41,246 nucleotides of DNA from an uncultured Burkholderiales bacterium (lineage in GTDB: Bacteria > Pseudomonadota > Gammaproteobacteria > Burkholderiales > Eutrophovitaceae), in contig CBFIFN010000003.1 of assembly GCA_965661885.1 (NCBI GenBank), positions 1-41,246 on the forward strand, in the 5' to 3' direction. Both the position numbers and the translations under genes were made by a program. Positions within the stretch are counted from its first letter, which is position 1. Each line of letters begins with the position of its first letter. Below, in pieces: positions 1 to 10,024 of this stretch. The notes below the pieces were generated by a model. That model was not told the DNA's origin. It saw only the letters and a program-made list of their open reading frames with translations, and ran no database searches.

Positions 1-1
1 C

Positions 2-370
2 GGTATCGAAAATGCAATTGATTTGCCTAATGCAGCGACTATGTGTAACCAATGCGGCGTGGTGTGCCCGGTTAAAATTCCTTTGCCTGACTTGATGAGA
101 AAGCTTAGAGAAAAGCAATTTGAAAAAAAATTGAAATCAAATATGGAAAAGTGGTCATTAAGACTCTGGGCATATCTTGCACTTCGTCCAAAAATTTATT
201 CGGTTGTCACACGAGTCATGGCTCGTATCGGTCGCATGCTGGGCGGAGACTCTAGGCGAATCCGTCGCATGATCATCATCGGACAAGATTGGACCAAAAA
301 TCGAGATATGCCTGCTCCAAGCGGAAGAACTTTTCGGGATATCTATTTAAATAAAATGAATAAGCGATAA
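2..370 (+). CDS. lutB: Lactate utilization Fe-S protein LutB/LldF, C-terminal part (5' truncated by window edge)
   Basis: Frame is open from the window start. It contains ATMCNQCGVVCPVKIPLPDLMRKLR (ferredoxin-like Cys motif) and the C-terminal W..RDMPAPSGRTFR typical of LutB. A LutC-like gene follows. Confidence 0.85.
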   Translation, partial: GIENAIDLPNAATMCNQCGVVCPVKIPLPDLMRKLREKQFEKKLKSNMEKWSLRLWAYLALRPKIYSVVTRVMARIGRMLGGDSRRIRRMIIIGQDWTKNRDMPAPSGRTFRDIYLNKMNKR

Positions 371-378
371 ATATTATT

Positions 379-1023
379 ATGTCTGCTAGAGAGAATATCT
401 TAGCTCGTATAAGGTCGGCAAATAAGGTTGCTGAGAATCCGGATGTTATCGGTGGCACAGCAGCTGATCGCATCAAGGCGCACCCTTCCAGTCCGCTTCC
501 AACGCTAAATTGGGAAAATGAGGACCACTTTAAATTACGTTGTCATGAATTGGCGTCCTCGCTCGATCAAATCGATTCGATGGACCATTTACCTAAGGCG
601 GTGAATCGATACCTTACTGAGAATAATTTACCGAAAAAAATAGTGTGTTGGCCGGAGTTTACTGATTTAAATTGGTCAGATGAGAATCTTCAGATGGAGG
701 GTCGCAGTGCTGTTGGTGAAGATAAGGTAGGCTTGACTGGAAGTTATTGTGCTATCGCTGAAACTGGCACGCTGGTGATGTTGTCCGGTGAAAACCAACA
801 CGCAACAACGAGCCTATTGCCTGAAACACATATTGCTGTTGTTTCCAGATCCCGCATACTTCGAACAATGGAGGAGGCTTGGGAGCTTATAAGAAGAGAA
901 ACACAATCGGTACCAAGGCAGGTGAATTTTATCTCCGGCCCTTCCAGAACGGCTGACATCGAAATGACACTTGTGTACGGTGCTCACGGTCCATATCGAG
1001 TTCATGTGATCATTACTGAGTAA
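379..1023 (+). CDS. lutC: Lactate utilization protein LutC/YkgG (LUD domain)
   Basis: MSARENILARIR start, AIAETGTLV, SLLPETHIAVV and FISGPSRTADIEMTLVYGAHGP motifs; directly after lutB. Confidence 0.9.
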   Translation: MSARENILARIRSANKVAENPDVIGGTAADRIKAHPSSPLPTLNWENEDHFKLRCHELASSLDQIDSMDHLPKAVNRYLTENNLPKKIVCWPEFTDLNWSDENLQMEGRSAVGEDKVGLTGSYCAIAETGTLVMLSGENQHATTSLLPETHIAVVSRSRILRTMEEAWELIRRETQSVPRQVNFISGPSRTADIEMTLVYGAHGPYRVHVIITE

Positions 1024-1062
1024 TGGGTCGTTATCAATTTAACTTATGATTAAATTTTACGG

Positions 1063-1635
1063 ATGAAGAATAAGAAATTCCGTGGTGGATGGCGATCCAA
1101 GTTGAGACGATTTTTGCCGTCAACCGAGACTGTCAGAAATAATAAATGGGTTGGATGGATCGGACCTGCTCTCTACCACCCTAGGCTATGGCAGCTTAAT
1201 CGAAAAGGGGTTGCTACAGGTGTGGCGATTGGTATTTTTTTCGGTTTTCTAGTTCCTCTTCTTCAGATACCATTCGCTGCAATCTTTGCAGTATGGTTTA
1301 GAGGGCATCTGGTTGCAGCCGTTGTGTCCACAATGATCACTAATCCATTAACGTTCGCGCCGATTTATTTGCTAGCAAATGAAATAGGATCATTTATCTT
1401 CGATTTGCTAGAGCCAGACACTCCGAATATCATCACCGATGCTGCGTATCAAGCTGGAGACATGGTCGTAGGATGGCTTGATAGGTTTATGTCCGTTGGG
1501 AAAAATGTTGCGGTTGGATTACTCTCGCTAGCGATCTTTGGTGCTATATCATCGTACGCTCTTGTGTTAGGTGTTTGGAGGATAGTCGTAAATATTGAAT
1601 GGCGCCGAAGACGAAAAAGTAGGACCTCGCATTAA
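1063..1635 (+). CDS. DUF2062-family membrane protein
   Basis: LWQLNRKGVATGVAIGIFFG..PLLQIP and ITNPLTFAPIY motifs, hydrophobic segments and a basic C-terminal WRRRR. Confidence 0.8.
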   Translation: MKNKKFRGGWRSKLRRFLPSTETVRNNKWVGWIGPALYHPRLWQLNRKGVATGVAIGIFFGFLVPLLQIPFAAIFAVWFRGHLVAAVVSTMITNPLTFAPIYLLANEIGSFIFDLLEPDTPNIITDAAYQAGDMVVGWLDRFMSVGKNVAVGLLSLAIFGAISSYALVLGVWRIVVNIEWRRRRKSRTSH

Positions 1636-1663
1636 GCATTGGCTAGGTCGCGTATCAAAGAGA

Positions 1664-1694
1664 TCCATGACTCCAGGCAGTTGGAGAACATGGA
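1664..1694. terminator. Imperfect hairpin between convergent DUF2062 and nhaB genes, possible terminator
   Basis: TCCATG-A-CTCCA-GGCAGT-TGGAG-AA-CATGGA inverted repeat; no clear U-tract. Confidence 0.4.
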
Positions 1695-1711
1695 CCCAAA
1701 TATTTTACAGT

Positions 1712-3316
1712 TCAATGATGACTTGTAGTGTCATCCCCATGCCCACCTATCTCGGAGGCTTCATGATGATTGATCAGGCCGCGCTCGTATAACGTCTCCG
1801 TCATTGCCGGTAGCCACATAGTCACCGTTAGAAACCCTGTAATCGCCATTGTTATGGTGTACGGAAGGGCCATTAACACCATCCTCCCATACGATAGCTG
1901 TATCAATGGAGCTAATGCGGACGTCAACAGGAATAAGAAGGCAGCTTGACCATTCGGTGTTGCAACACTCGGAATATTGGTGCCGGTGTTCACGGCAACG
2001 GCCAGAAGGTCGAACTGGTCTCTGGAAATTATACCTTCAGCTAAAGCCTTGGCAAGCTCGTTAATGTAAACGGTGGCTACAAAAACATTATCGCTTATCG
2101 CGGATAGTACGCCGTTAGCAACATAAAATAATCCGATCTGTTCAACACCCTCGAGAGCGAGACCATAGTGAATGATACCGGCGAATAGATTTTGATCTTG
2201 AATCACGGCAACAATCGCGAAAAAAACAACCAATAAAGCGGTGAAGGGCAGCGCTTCGGTAAAGGCATAACCGATATCATGTTCTTTTATTACGCCATTA
2301 AACGCCGTGATGAAAATAATCACAGATAATCCAATGACCCCCACTTCAGCTAGGTGCATACCTAAAGCGATCATGAGCCATACGCCAGCAATCGCTTGTA
2401 TTGTTAATTTCGCTTTATCTTGAGGGGTTCTTTTGGCTTCCTCTTGCTTATCGAAGTCGATAAGAACGTCTAAAACTTCACTTGGGATTTTCGCTCCATA
2501 GCCGAGAATCTTGAATTTTTCGACAACAGCGCATGTGATTAAACCGATTACTAAAACAGGCATTGTTACCGGTGCCATTCGGATAAAGAATTCGATAAAT
2601 TCCCAATTGGCTCTCTCGGCGATCAGAAGATTTTGTGGCTCACCTACAAGAGTACAAACTCCTCCGAGGGCAGTTCCCACAGCACCATGCATCATAAGGC
2701 TCCTGAGGAACGATTTAAACTGATCTAGTTTGTCCCGGTGAATCTCCTGAATATGTTGGTCGTCCGCGATATCCACCGTGTCGTTGATGGTCTTACCTGA
2801 CGCAACTTTGTGATAAATTCCGTAAAAACCGACTGCTACGGCGATAATTACTGCTGTAACTGTCAACGCATCGAGGAACGCTGATAAGAATGCTGCCATT
2901 AGCGAGAACAGCAAAGATAAAACAATTTTAGAGCGAACGTTAATGAGCACCTTGGTGAAGAGAAAAAGCAGCAGGCCTTTCATAAAATAAATGCCCGCAA
3001 CCATGAACATTAGCAGCAATATTACTGGAAAATTCAGCACAATCTCATGGTAAACGGTGGCAGGAGATGTCATTCCGATTGCAACAGCTTCTATTGCAAG
3101 AAGACCACCTGGTGCGAGTGGGTACGCTTTGAGGGCCATTGCAAGGGTGAAAATGAACTCCAAGATTAGAACCCAGCCGGTGACGAATGGACCTGCTGTG
3201 TGGAATAAGATGGGATTGATAATCAAAAAGGCGATTATTGCCGCTTTGTACCAGTTTGGCGTTCCTTGAAGGAAATTTGTTAAGTAAACCGAGCGACCTA
3301 CGTTTGATGATGTCAA
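1712..3316 (-). CDS. nhaB: Na+/H+ antiporter NhaB
   Basis: [49 protein letters not shown] and [24 protein letters not shown] motifs. TTG start with a G-rich SD at 3324-3330. Confidence 0.95.
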   Translation of the reverse strand: MTSSNVGRSVYLTNFLQGTPNWYKAAIIAFLIINPILFHTAGPFVTGWVLILEFIFTLAMALKAYPLAPGGLLAIEAVAIGMTSPATVYHEIVLNFPVILLLMFMVAGIYFMKGLLLFLFTKVLINVRSKIVLSLLFSLMAAFLSAFLDALTVTAVIIAVAVGFYGIYHKVASGKTINDTVDIADDQHIQEIHRDKLDQFKSFLRSLMMHGAVGTALGGVCTLVGEPQNLLIAERANWEFIEFFIRMAPVTMPVLVIGLITCAVVEKFKILGYGAKIPSEVLDVLIDFDKQEEAKRTPQDKAKLTIQAIAGVWLMIALGMHLAEVGVIGLSVIIFITAFNGVIKEHDIGYAFTEALPFTALLVVFFAIVAVIQDQNLFAGIIHYGLALEGVEQIGLFYVANGVLSAISDNVFVATVYINELAKALAEGIISRDQFDLLAVAVNTGTNIPSVATPNGQAAFLFLLTSALAPLIQLSYGRMVLMALPYTITMAITGFLTVTMWLPAMTETLYERGLINHHEASEIGGHGDDTTSHH

Positions 3317-3544
3317 AGTGTTACCCCCCCTTGTTGAGACTATCCGCGAAGCTGTCGGTTTCCGGATACAACCGTATGTATTAAACTATGTTCGATTTTA
3401 ACATGTTCATAAATGACAACTCTTTTTTAAATGGGCTAGTGACGATGCAGAAAAGATCGCTATATTTTTTGCTGTTGTTGGTATTTACTACGACGGAGTA
3501 ATGCGATTGAAAGAGTTTTGAAAATATCAACTGGGCCTATTGAG

Positions 3545-4510
3545 ATGAAAAAAGTTGTGATTACCCGCGAAGTCTTTAGTGAAACGATAGAGTTGTTGTC
3601 CACGCATTTCGATATTGTTTCTAATCAACGGGATCTTTTGTTGAAGAGAGATGAGTTATTCGCCCTTAATGCGGACGCTGAAGGGATTCAAACAGCGACC
3701 AGCGATAGGGTGGACGATGAGTTTTTAGATGCTGCGCCACTCGTTAAGGTTATCGCTAACACAGCTGTTGGGTACAACAATATTGATGTTGAGGCATGCT
3801 CACGTAGAGGTGTGATCGTTACCAATACACCTGGCGTTCTTGATGCGAGTGTTGCTGACTACGCAATAGGACTGATGATTGCTGCGTGTAGGAGGATTGG
3901 AGAGGGTGAACGTTATGTACGGTCCGGCCAATGGAAAGGTATGCGCTTCAAACAACTACTTGGAGTCGATGTGCATGGTGGGACGCTTGGTTTGCTTGGT
4001 TTTGGTCGGATTGGCCAAGAAATTGCAAAGCGTGCAAACGGATTTGGCATGCGAGTGTTATATCATTCAAGGTCACCTGTTGATCCTGCCATTGAGGCGG
4101 ATCTAAATGCTATTCACGTCAGCAAAGACAAGTTACTTCAAAATTCAGATGTGCTTATGCTAATTTTGCCGTATTCCAAAGAGACGCACCATATGATCGG
4201 TGAAAACCAGCTGTCTCAGATGAAAAAGGACTCAGTTTTGGTTAACATCGCGAGAGGTGGTATCGTAGACGATAAGGCGTTGATAAACGCCCTTAAAAAT
4301 CAAACCTTATTTGCCGCTGGGCTGGATGTTTATGAGGGAGAGCCAAATTTAGATCCGGAATTTTTGGAACTTGAAAATGTGGTTTTATCGCCCCATATCG
4401 GTAGTGGGTCGGTGTCGACTCGAAGAGCGATGGCGATGACTGCTGCAAATAATCTAGTGAGCGTTTTGTCCCATAATCAAGCGCCGCTTAACCCAGTGAA
4501 TCAAACTTAA
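3545..4510 (+). CDS. D-isomer-specific 2-hydroxyacid dehydrogenase (glyoxylate/hydroxypyruvate reductase-like)
   Basis: AVGYNNID, VTNTPGVL, GFGRIG Rossmann motif, NIARGGIVD, GLDVYEGEP and PHIGS. ATG at 3545 preferred over TTG at 3518. Confidence 0.9.
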   Translation: MKKVVITREVFSETIELLSTHFDIVSNQRDLLLKRDELFALNADAEGIQTATSDRVDDEFLDAAPLVKVIANTAVGYNNIDVEACSRRGVIVTNTPGVLDASVADYAIGLMIAACRRIGEGERYVRSGQWKGMRFKQLLGVDVHGGTLGLLGFGRIGQEIAKRANGFGMRVLYHSRSPVDPAIEADLNAIHVSKDKLLQNSDVLMLILPYSKETHHMIGENQLSQMKKDSVLVNIARGGIVDDKALINALKNQTLFAAGLDVYEGEPNLDPEFLELENVVLSPHIGSGSVSTRRAMAMTAANNLVSVLSHNQAPLNPVNQT

Positions 4511-4554
4511 CATTACAAAAAAAAACGAATATCTTTATAGGTTTTATCGTCAAT

Positions 4555-5874
4555 ATGAATCAATACTTTAAATTAGGTTTGCATGAGGTAGCACAAAGGC
4601 TGCGCAAGGGTAAGCTGAAGCCGTCTGTTTATATTTCAAATTTGTTGGAACGTATCAATAATTTGGAGGGCAGTGTTCAGGCATGGCAATGGTTAGATAG
4701 AGATCGAGCATTAGCGATTGCGAAAAAGGCTGATTCCTCGGCGGCCGCCTTGCGAGCGGCCCATCCACTTTACGGCATTCCAATTGGCGTTAAGGATAAT
4801 ATCTTTACCGCTGGTATTCCTACCGAAATGGGTAGTTGTTTGTATCAAAATTATGTACCAGAAAAATCCGCAGACATTGTGACTCGGATTGAGAAGTCAG
4901 GTGCTTTTGTCCTTGGAAAAACGGTCACGACTGAAGCGGCCTTTATGGTGCCTTCAAAGACGCGTAATCCATGGAACCTACGACACACTCCAGGAGGTTC
5001 TTCGAGCGGCTCCGCAGCGGCGGTGGCGGCGGGGTTCGTCCCTGGTGCGATCGGTACGCAAACTAATGGCTCAGTAATCCGACCAGCGGCTTATTGCGGA
5101 ATCGTCGGTTATAAAATGACGCGGGGATTGATTGGTTTGGACGGAATTATGCCATTTTCCCCAATGTTTTATCAGCCAGGTGTGTTTGCGAGAAGCGTAG
5201 CAGTTTCCGCGTTGTTAGCCTCAAGCTTTGCAGGCCCGCGCTCGGGAATATCTCCGAATGCAGCTCCACTAAAAAACGCACCTCGGTTAGCCGCCGTGCG
5301 CTCTCCTTCTTGGTATCTTGCTGCGCCAGAGGCGAGAGCTCAGTTTGAATCGGATATTGCAAGATTGAGAGGTGCTGGCGCATCAATAGATATCATTGAA
5401 CTCCCTGGTGACTTTGATCGTGCTCATAAAGTACACCGAACGATTATGCTGTATGAAGCTGCTCGTGTATCTCGTGCGGTTAGGTACGAATTTCGGGGTT
5501 ATTTTTCGGATTTTCTGATACATGCATTGGAGGAAGGGGATCGTGTCACTGAAACGCAGTTTAGGGACGCTGTAAAAAAGAAAAACGCCTTACAGAATAG
5601 TTTCGCTTCCTTTATGGATAGAGGCTATTCGGCAATCATTACGTTACCAGCAACCGGGGAGGCGCCCAACTCGCTTCATGTAACGGGTGACCCTAGTTTT
5701 TGCTCAATATGGACATTAGTCGGTGCACCAGCTATTACTATCCCAACTGGCATGGGCCCTAGAGGGCTGCCGTTGGGTTTACAAGTAATTAGTGCGGTGG
5801 ACGAGGACAATTATCTCCTGGCGACTGCTGCATGGTGCGAGCGTTCTTCGCCATTTAAAGGGCTCAGCAGTTGA
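4555..5874 (+). CDS. Amidase signature family enzyme
   Basis: GIPIGVKD (catalytic Lys), TPGGSSSGSAAAVAAG and GTQTNGSVIRPAAYCG (Ser-cisSer-Lys triad region). Confidence 0.9.
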   Translation: MNQYFKLGLHEVAQRLRKGKLKPSVYISNLLERINNLEGSVQAWQWLDRDRALAIAKKADSSAAALRAAHPLYGIPIGVKDNIFTAGIPTEMGSCLYQNYVPEKSADIVTRIEKSGAFVLGKTVTTEAAFMVPSKTRNPWNLRHTPGGSSSGSAAAVAAGFVPGAIGTQTNGSVIRPAAYCGIVGYKMTRGLIGLDGIMPFSPMFYQPGVFARSVAVSALLASSFAGPRSGISPNAAPLKNAPRLAAVRSPSWYLAAPEARAQFESDIARLRGAGASIDIIELPGDFDRAHKVHRTIMLYEAARVSRAVRYEFRGYFSDFLIHALEEGDRVTETQFRDAVKKKNALQNSFASFMDRGYSAIITLPATGEAPNSLHVTGDPSFCSIWTLVGAPAITIPTGMGPRGLPLGLQVISAVDEDNYLLATAAWCERSSPFKGLSS

Positions 5875-5955
5875 CGTATCATTAAACCGAGTTTTATCCT
5901 GATGTCGAACGACTGATTAAAAAATTTGTCGTCAAAGGGCCGCTTTAATCTTCCA

Positions 5956-8900
5956 ATGAGCAACCAGCGTAAAAATTACCGAAAAGAAATTTATAATTTA
6001 ATCGATTCGTGTTTGGTTCGAGATCAACACGCTTTTCGTAAACAATTCGATCGTTTGGATCTGGAAAAAAACGATAAAGTGGATGTTGGCTTAGAACAAC
6101 TTGACCGCCTACGGTTAAAAATAAGAGATTCGATGGAGTTGGTCTCTGAAAGAAAGAGAAAAGTCCCTACTATTTCTTTTCCTGAGTCTCTTCCAGTAGT
6201 CGAAAAGCAATATGAAATAAAGGAGCTAATAAAAGAAAATCAAGTCACGATTTTGTGCGGAGAAACTGGATCTGGCAAAACCACACAATTACCTAAAATG
6301 TTGTTGGAAATCGGTAGGGGCGTTCACGGTCAGATCGCACATACGCAGCCGAGGAGAATCGCTGCCAGTTCAGTCGCAAATAGACTAGCCAAAGAGATGG
6401 GCTCAGAAGTCGGAGATTTGGTTGGTTACCAAGTTCGTTTTTTAGATCACTCAAGTAGCAATAATCTCGTCAAAGTTATGACCGATGGCATATTACTGTC
6501 AGAGACGCAGAGTGATCGTTATTTAAAGAGATACGACACCATCATTATTGATGAGGCCCATGAACGAAATTTAAATGTGGATTTCCTCTTCGGTTATTTA
6601 AAGGCTTTATTAAAAAAAAGACACGATCTTAAGTTGATCATTACTTCAGCGACCATTGATGCCGAGAAGTTTTCTAATCACTTTAATCAAGCCCCCGTCA
6701 TCGAGGTGTCAGGTCGCTTGTATCCGGTTGAAATCAAGTATCAACCGCCGGAGGACAGCACTGTATCGGATGATTTAGAGAGCATCGACGATGTTATATG
6801 TCGGGTCATAGAGGACATTGATGTCTCAGGTGGCGGCGGAGATGTATTGGTTTTTTTGCCTGGGGAGCGGGAAATCAACCAGTCTCTTGACTCGATTCGT
6901 AAATATTTTTTATCTAAAAAGAGGCGCACAGTTTGGGAGGTCTTGCCGTTGTATTCAAGACTGTCCATTCAGGATCAAAGGAAGATTTTCACCGCAACAA
7001 AGGGTAGAAGAATCATTCTGTCTACAAATATTGCTGAAACATCCTTAACAATTCCAAATATCCAATACGTCATAGATTCTGGCTTAGCAAGAGTCAAACG
7101 ATATAGTTATCGTAATAAAGTTGAGATGCTTCAAGTCGAAAAGGTGTCACAGGCCTCCGCCAATCAACGTTCAGGACGAAGCGGTAGAGTGATGAATGGC
7201 GTTTGCGTTAGGCTTTACTCAGAGGAGGATTACGAATCGCGTCCCGCTCACACAGAGCCGGAGATTCTCCGCTCATCCCTGGCATCTGTGATATTGAGGA
7301 TGTCTACTCTTGGTCTTGACGAACCAGAAAAATTCCCTTTTATTGATCCACCGCTGTCTCGTGCACTTGCCGACGGTTACCAACTTCTTGAGGAATTGGG
7401 GGCAATAGACCAAAGAAGACGTCTAACATCAATTGGAAAAAAAGTTGCTCGAATCCCCGTAGATCCGAGGGTGGCTCGCATGATTCTTGCAGGTAATGAA
7501 TTTAGTTGTCTTGACGAAATATTAAAGCTCGCGGCGGGGTTATCTGTACAGGACCCAAGAGAGCGGGACTTTAATTCCTCGGAAGAGGGGGTGAGCGCTA
7601 AAGTTGTCGAGGAGAAATCAGATTTTCTATCATTACTGTCGGTATGGTTATGGTTTTCGGATGTGTTCGATAAAAAACCTGGAAAGAAAAAATTACGAGA
7701 GATTTGTTTAAAACAACATATATCTTTGGCTAGAATGTTTGAATGGCGCGAGCTATACCGTCACCTCAAGTCCATGGCTGCTGATATGGGCTTTAAAGTT
7801 AACCAAAAACCTGGACGTCGTTCAGATATTCACCAGGCACTATTAACTGGCCTTTTAGGAAATATCGGGTTTCGAGGAGATGGCGATGGTGTTTACTATG
7901 GTGCACGAGGTATTAAATTTCACATACATCCTGGCTCCGAATTGAGACGGAGCAAACCTAAATGGATTGTCGCTTCAGAACTAGTCGAGACTTCACGCTT
8001 ATATGCTCGTTGCGTATCGGAGATTAGTGTAGATTGGGTCGAACCGCTCGCTAAACATTTGACGCAATCAACCTATCATGATCCGCGATGGTCGAAATCT
8101 TCTGGGAATGTAGTGGTATCAGAACGGGTTACCCTGTACGGCTTAGTGATAATTCCAAGACGTCAAATTAATTACGGGCCTATCGATCCTAGAGAGTCAC
8201 GTGAAATTTTCATTCGTAACGCGTTAGTGCAAGGTCAAGTAAAAACCTTTCCGTCTTTTTTAAAGCATAACCTGTCATTAATTGAATCTTTGGAAAATGT
8301 TGAGGCGAGATCTAGAAAATATGACTTGCTTGTTGACGATTCAGTGGTTTATTCATTCTTTGACGAAAAAATTCCCGAACATATATGGAGTTGGGTCGAA
8401 TTCGAAAAATGGCGTAAGCACATAGAAAAGAAAAACCAACGGCACCTGTATTTGAGTAAGTCGCTGTTAATTAAAAAAGAGATTGAGTCCTCAACATTCG
8501 ATTTGTATCCTGACTTTTTAGAGATGAACGGTTGTGAGTTTAAGCTTGATTACCGTTTTGAACCCGGGCATATTCTTGATGGCGTAACTCTAAAGACGCC
8601 CATCGAGATGGTAAACAAAATTGATCACTCTCGAGTTGAATGGTTAGTGCCTGGTTTGATTCGAGAAAAAGTTACACAAATTGTCAAGTCTCTACCCAAA
8701 TCAATAAGAAGGCGAGTCTTCCCTTTGCCGCAATTTGTTGATGAAGTTGTCGGCGACTTAAAGCCGAAGAATAACTCTCTTTACGATGAGGTCATACGTA
8801 TCGTTACTCATCATTACGGTGGTGATCTTACGAGGGAGACGTTTGATGAAACTGACTTCCCTTTGTATCTCAGAATGAACTATATTGTATTAGATGAATT

Positions 8901-9900
8901 AGGAAACGAGTTAGGTTCTGGTCGTGATTTGCCTGCTATACAACAAAAATTTGGTGTAACAGCAAAGGAAGTATTTACACTTCACGCCGCTCCTGAATTA
9001 ACTCAAACTGGAATCAAGTCTTGGAACTTCGGAGACCTTCCGAGTGTCGTTGAAATGACGTTAAAGGGCAAAAAAGTACCGGGTTTTCCATGTATAAAAG
9101 ATGAAGAAGAGTCTGTTTCGGTGATCGTAGTTGACACAGAGGCAGAGGCGGACCTTGTTTCAAAAAAAGGTATTCAACGATTATTCCAGATAGCCAATAA
9201 AGATCAGTTCAAGTTTATTGCGAAAAACTGGACTGGATTATCTCGGGCAGCGCTCCAGTACTCGATGCTCTTAAGTGCGTGCGAGGAGCCCTTTGGCCCC
9301 TTAACTGTTCAAAATAGATTGAGTAACGAGATGTTGGCGGCGACCAGTGCTAGAGCTTTATCCGCAGACGGTTATGAGGTTCGAAGCCAAGCTGAATTCC
9401 TTGATTTGATCAAGAGGGCTAAACCGACAATTACCGTGATTGCTAATGAAATTAATCAAACCGTAGTTGAGACTTTTGATTTATATGCTGAGGTCATAGC
9501 GGCTTTGAAAGCTAATAAAGTCTCAGATACGTCTATATTCTTTCAAAACATTAAATCTCATCTGTCTCACTTAATGCCACCCAACTTTATTTCAATTACC
9601 CCCCACGCGCATCTTATTAATATTCCGCGTTATCTTGAGGCTTTGCGCTTTAGAATAGAGAAGATGCGTTCTGACCCTCAGCGCGACCAATCTTGGCAGC
9701 AACAAATATCAGAGTATGTGAGCAAGCTCGATGCGGCGATTAGGGTGGCTGTTAGCGAGAGTCAGAGAAATCAGTTGGTTGAAGTTAGATGGTCAATTGA
9801 GGAACTGCGAGTATCTTTGTGGGCGCAACAAATTAAAACCTTGTATCCCATTTCCTTCAAGCGAATTGAGCGTGCTATGGCTGAAGCGATGAAAACCTGA
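5956..9900 (+). CDS. hrpA: ATP-dependent RNA helicase HrpA
   Basis: GETGSGKTTQLP, DEAHER, SAT, STNIAETSLT and QRSGRSGR motifs, C-terminal EELRVSLWAQ, about 1315 aa. Start could be TTG 5926 or ATG 5956. Confidence 0.95.
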   Translation: MSNQRKNYRKEIYNLIDSCLVRDQHAFRKQFDRLDLEKNDKVDVGLEQLDRLRLKIRDSMELVSERKRKVPTISFPESLPVVEKQYEIKELIKENQVTILCGETGSGKTTQLPKMLLEIGRGVHGQIAHTQPRRIAASSVANRLAKEMGSEVGDLVGYQVRFLDHSSSNNLVKVMTDGILLSETQSDRYLKRYDTIIIDEAHERNLNVDFLFGYLKALLKKRHDLKLIITSATIDAEKFSNHFNQAPVIEVSGRLYPVEIKYQPPEDSTVSDDLESIDDVICRVIEDIDVSGGGGDVLVFLPGEREINQSLDSIRKYFLSKKRRTVWEVLPLYSRLSIQDQRKIFTATKGRRIILSTNIAETSLTIPNIQYVIDSGLARVKRYSYRNKVEMLQVEKVSQASANQRSGRSGRVMNGVCVRLYSEEDYESRPAHTEPEILRSSLASVILRMSTLGLDEPEKFPFIDPPLSRALADGYQLLEELGAIDQRRRLTSIGKKVARIPVDPRVARMILAGNEFSCLDEILKLAAGLSVQDPRERDFNSSEEGVSAKVVEEKSDFLSLLSVWLWFSDVFDKKPGKKKLREICLKQHISLARMFEWRELYRHLKSMAADMGFKVNQKPGRRSDIHQALLTGLLGNIGFRGDGDGVYYGARGIKFHIHPGSELRRSKPKWIVASELVETSRLYARCVSEISVDWVEPLAKHLTQSTYHDPRWSKSSGNVVVSERVTLYGLVIIPRRQINYGPIDPRESREIFIRNALVQGQVKTFPSFLKHNLSLIESLENVEARSRKYDLLVDDSVVYSFFDEKIPEHIWSWVEFEKWRKHIEKKNQRHLYLSKSLLIKKEIESSTFDLYPDFLEMNGCEFKLDYRFEPGHILDGVTLKTPIEMVNKIDHSRVEWLVPGLIREKVTQIVKSLPKSIRRRVFPLPQFVDEVVGDLKPKNNSLYDEVIRIVTHHYGGDLTRETFDETDFPLYLRMNYIVLDELGNELGSGRDLPAIQQKFGVTAKEVFTLHAAPELTQTGIKSWNFGDLPSVVEMTLKGKKVPGFPCIKDEEESVSVIVVDTEAEADLVSKKGIQRLFQIANKDQFKFIAKNWTGLSRAALQYSMLLSACEEPFGPLTVQNRLSNEMLAATSARALSADGYEVRSQAEFLDLIKRAKPTITVIANEINQTVVETFDLYAEVIAALKANKVSDTSIFFQNIKSHLSHLMPPNFISITPHAHLINIPRYLEALRFRIEKMRSDPQRDQSWQQQISEYVSKLDAAIRVAVSESQRNQLVEVRWSIEELRVSLWAQQIKTLYPISFKRIERAMAEAMKT

Positions 9901-10024
9901 TAAGCCGAGTTTTTATAAATCAATTTTGCGCAGTTAAAAAAATGAAATTTTTTGGTGGCATTCAAGTCAATCACCTAAACCAGTCACAGTAATTCAATTT
10001 CATTAGAGATGATCGGTAGAAAAT

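Noticed and set aside
1036-1056. Inverted repeat AATTTAA-N7-TTAAATT before the DUF2062 gene
   Set aside because: Purely A/T arms in an AT-rich spacer are likely to arise by chance.
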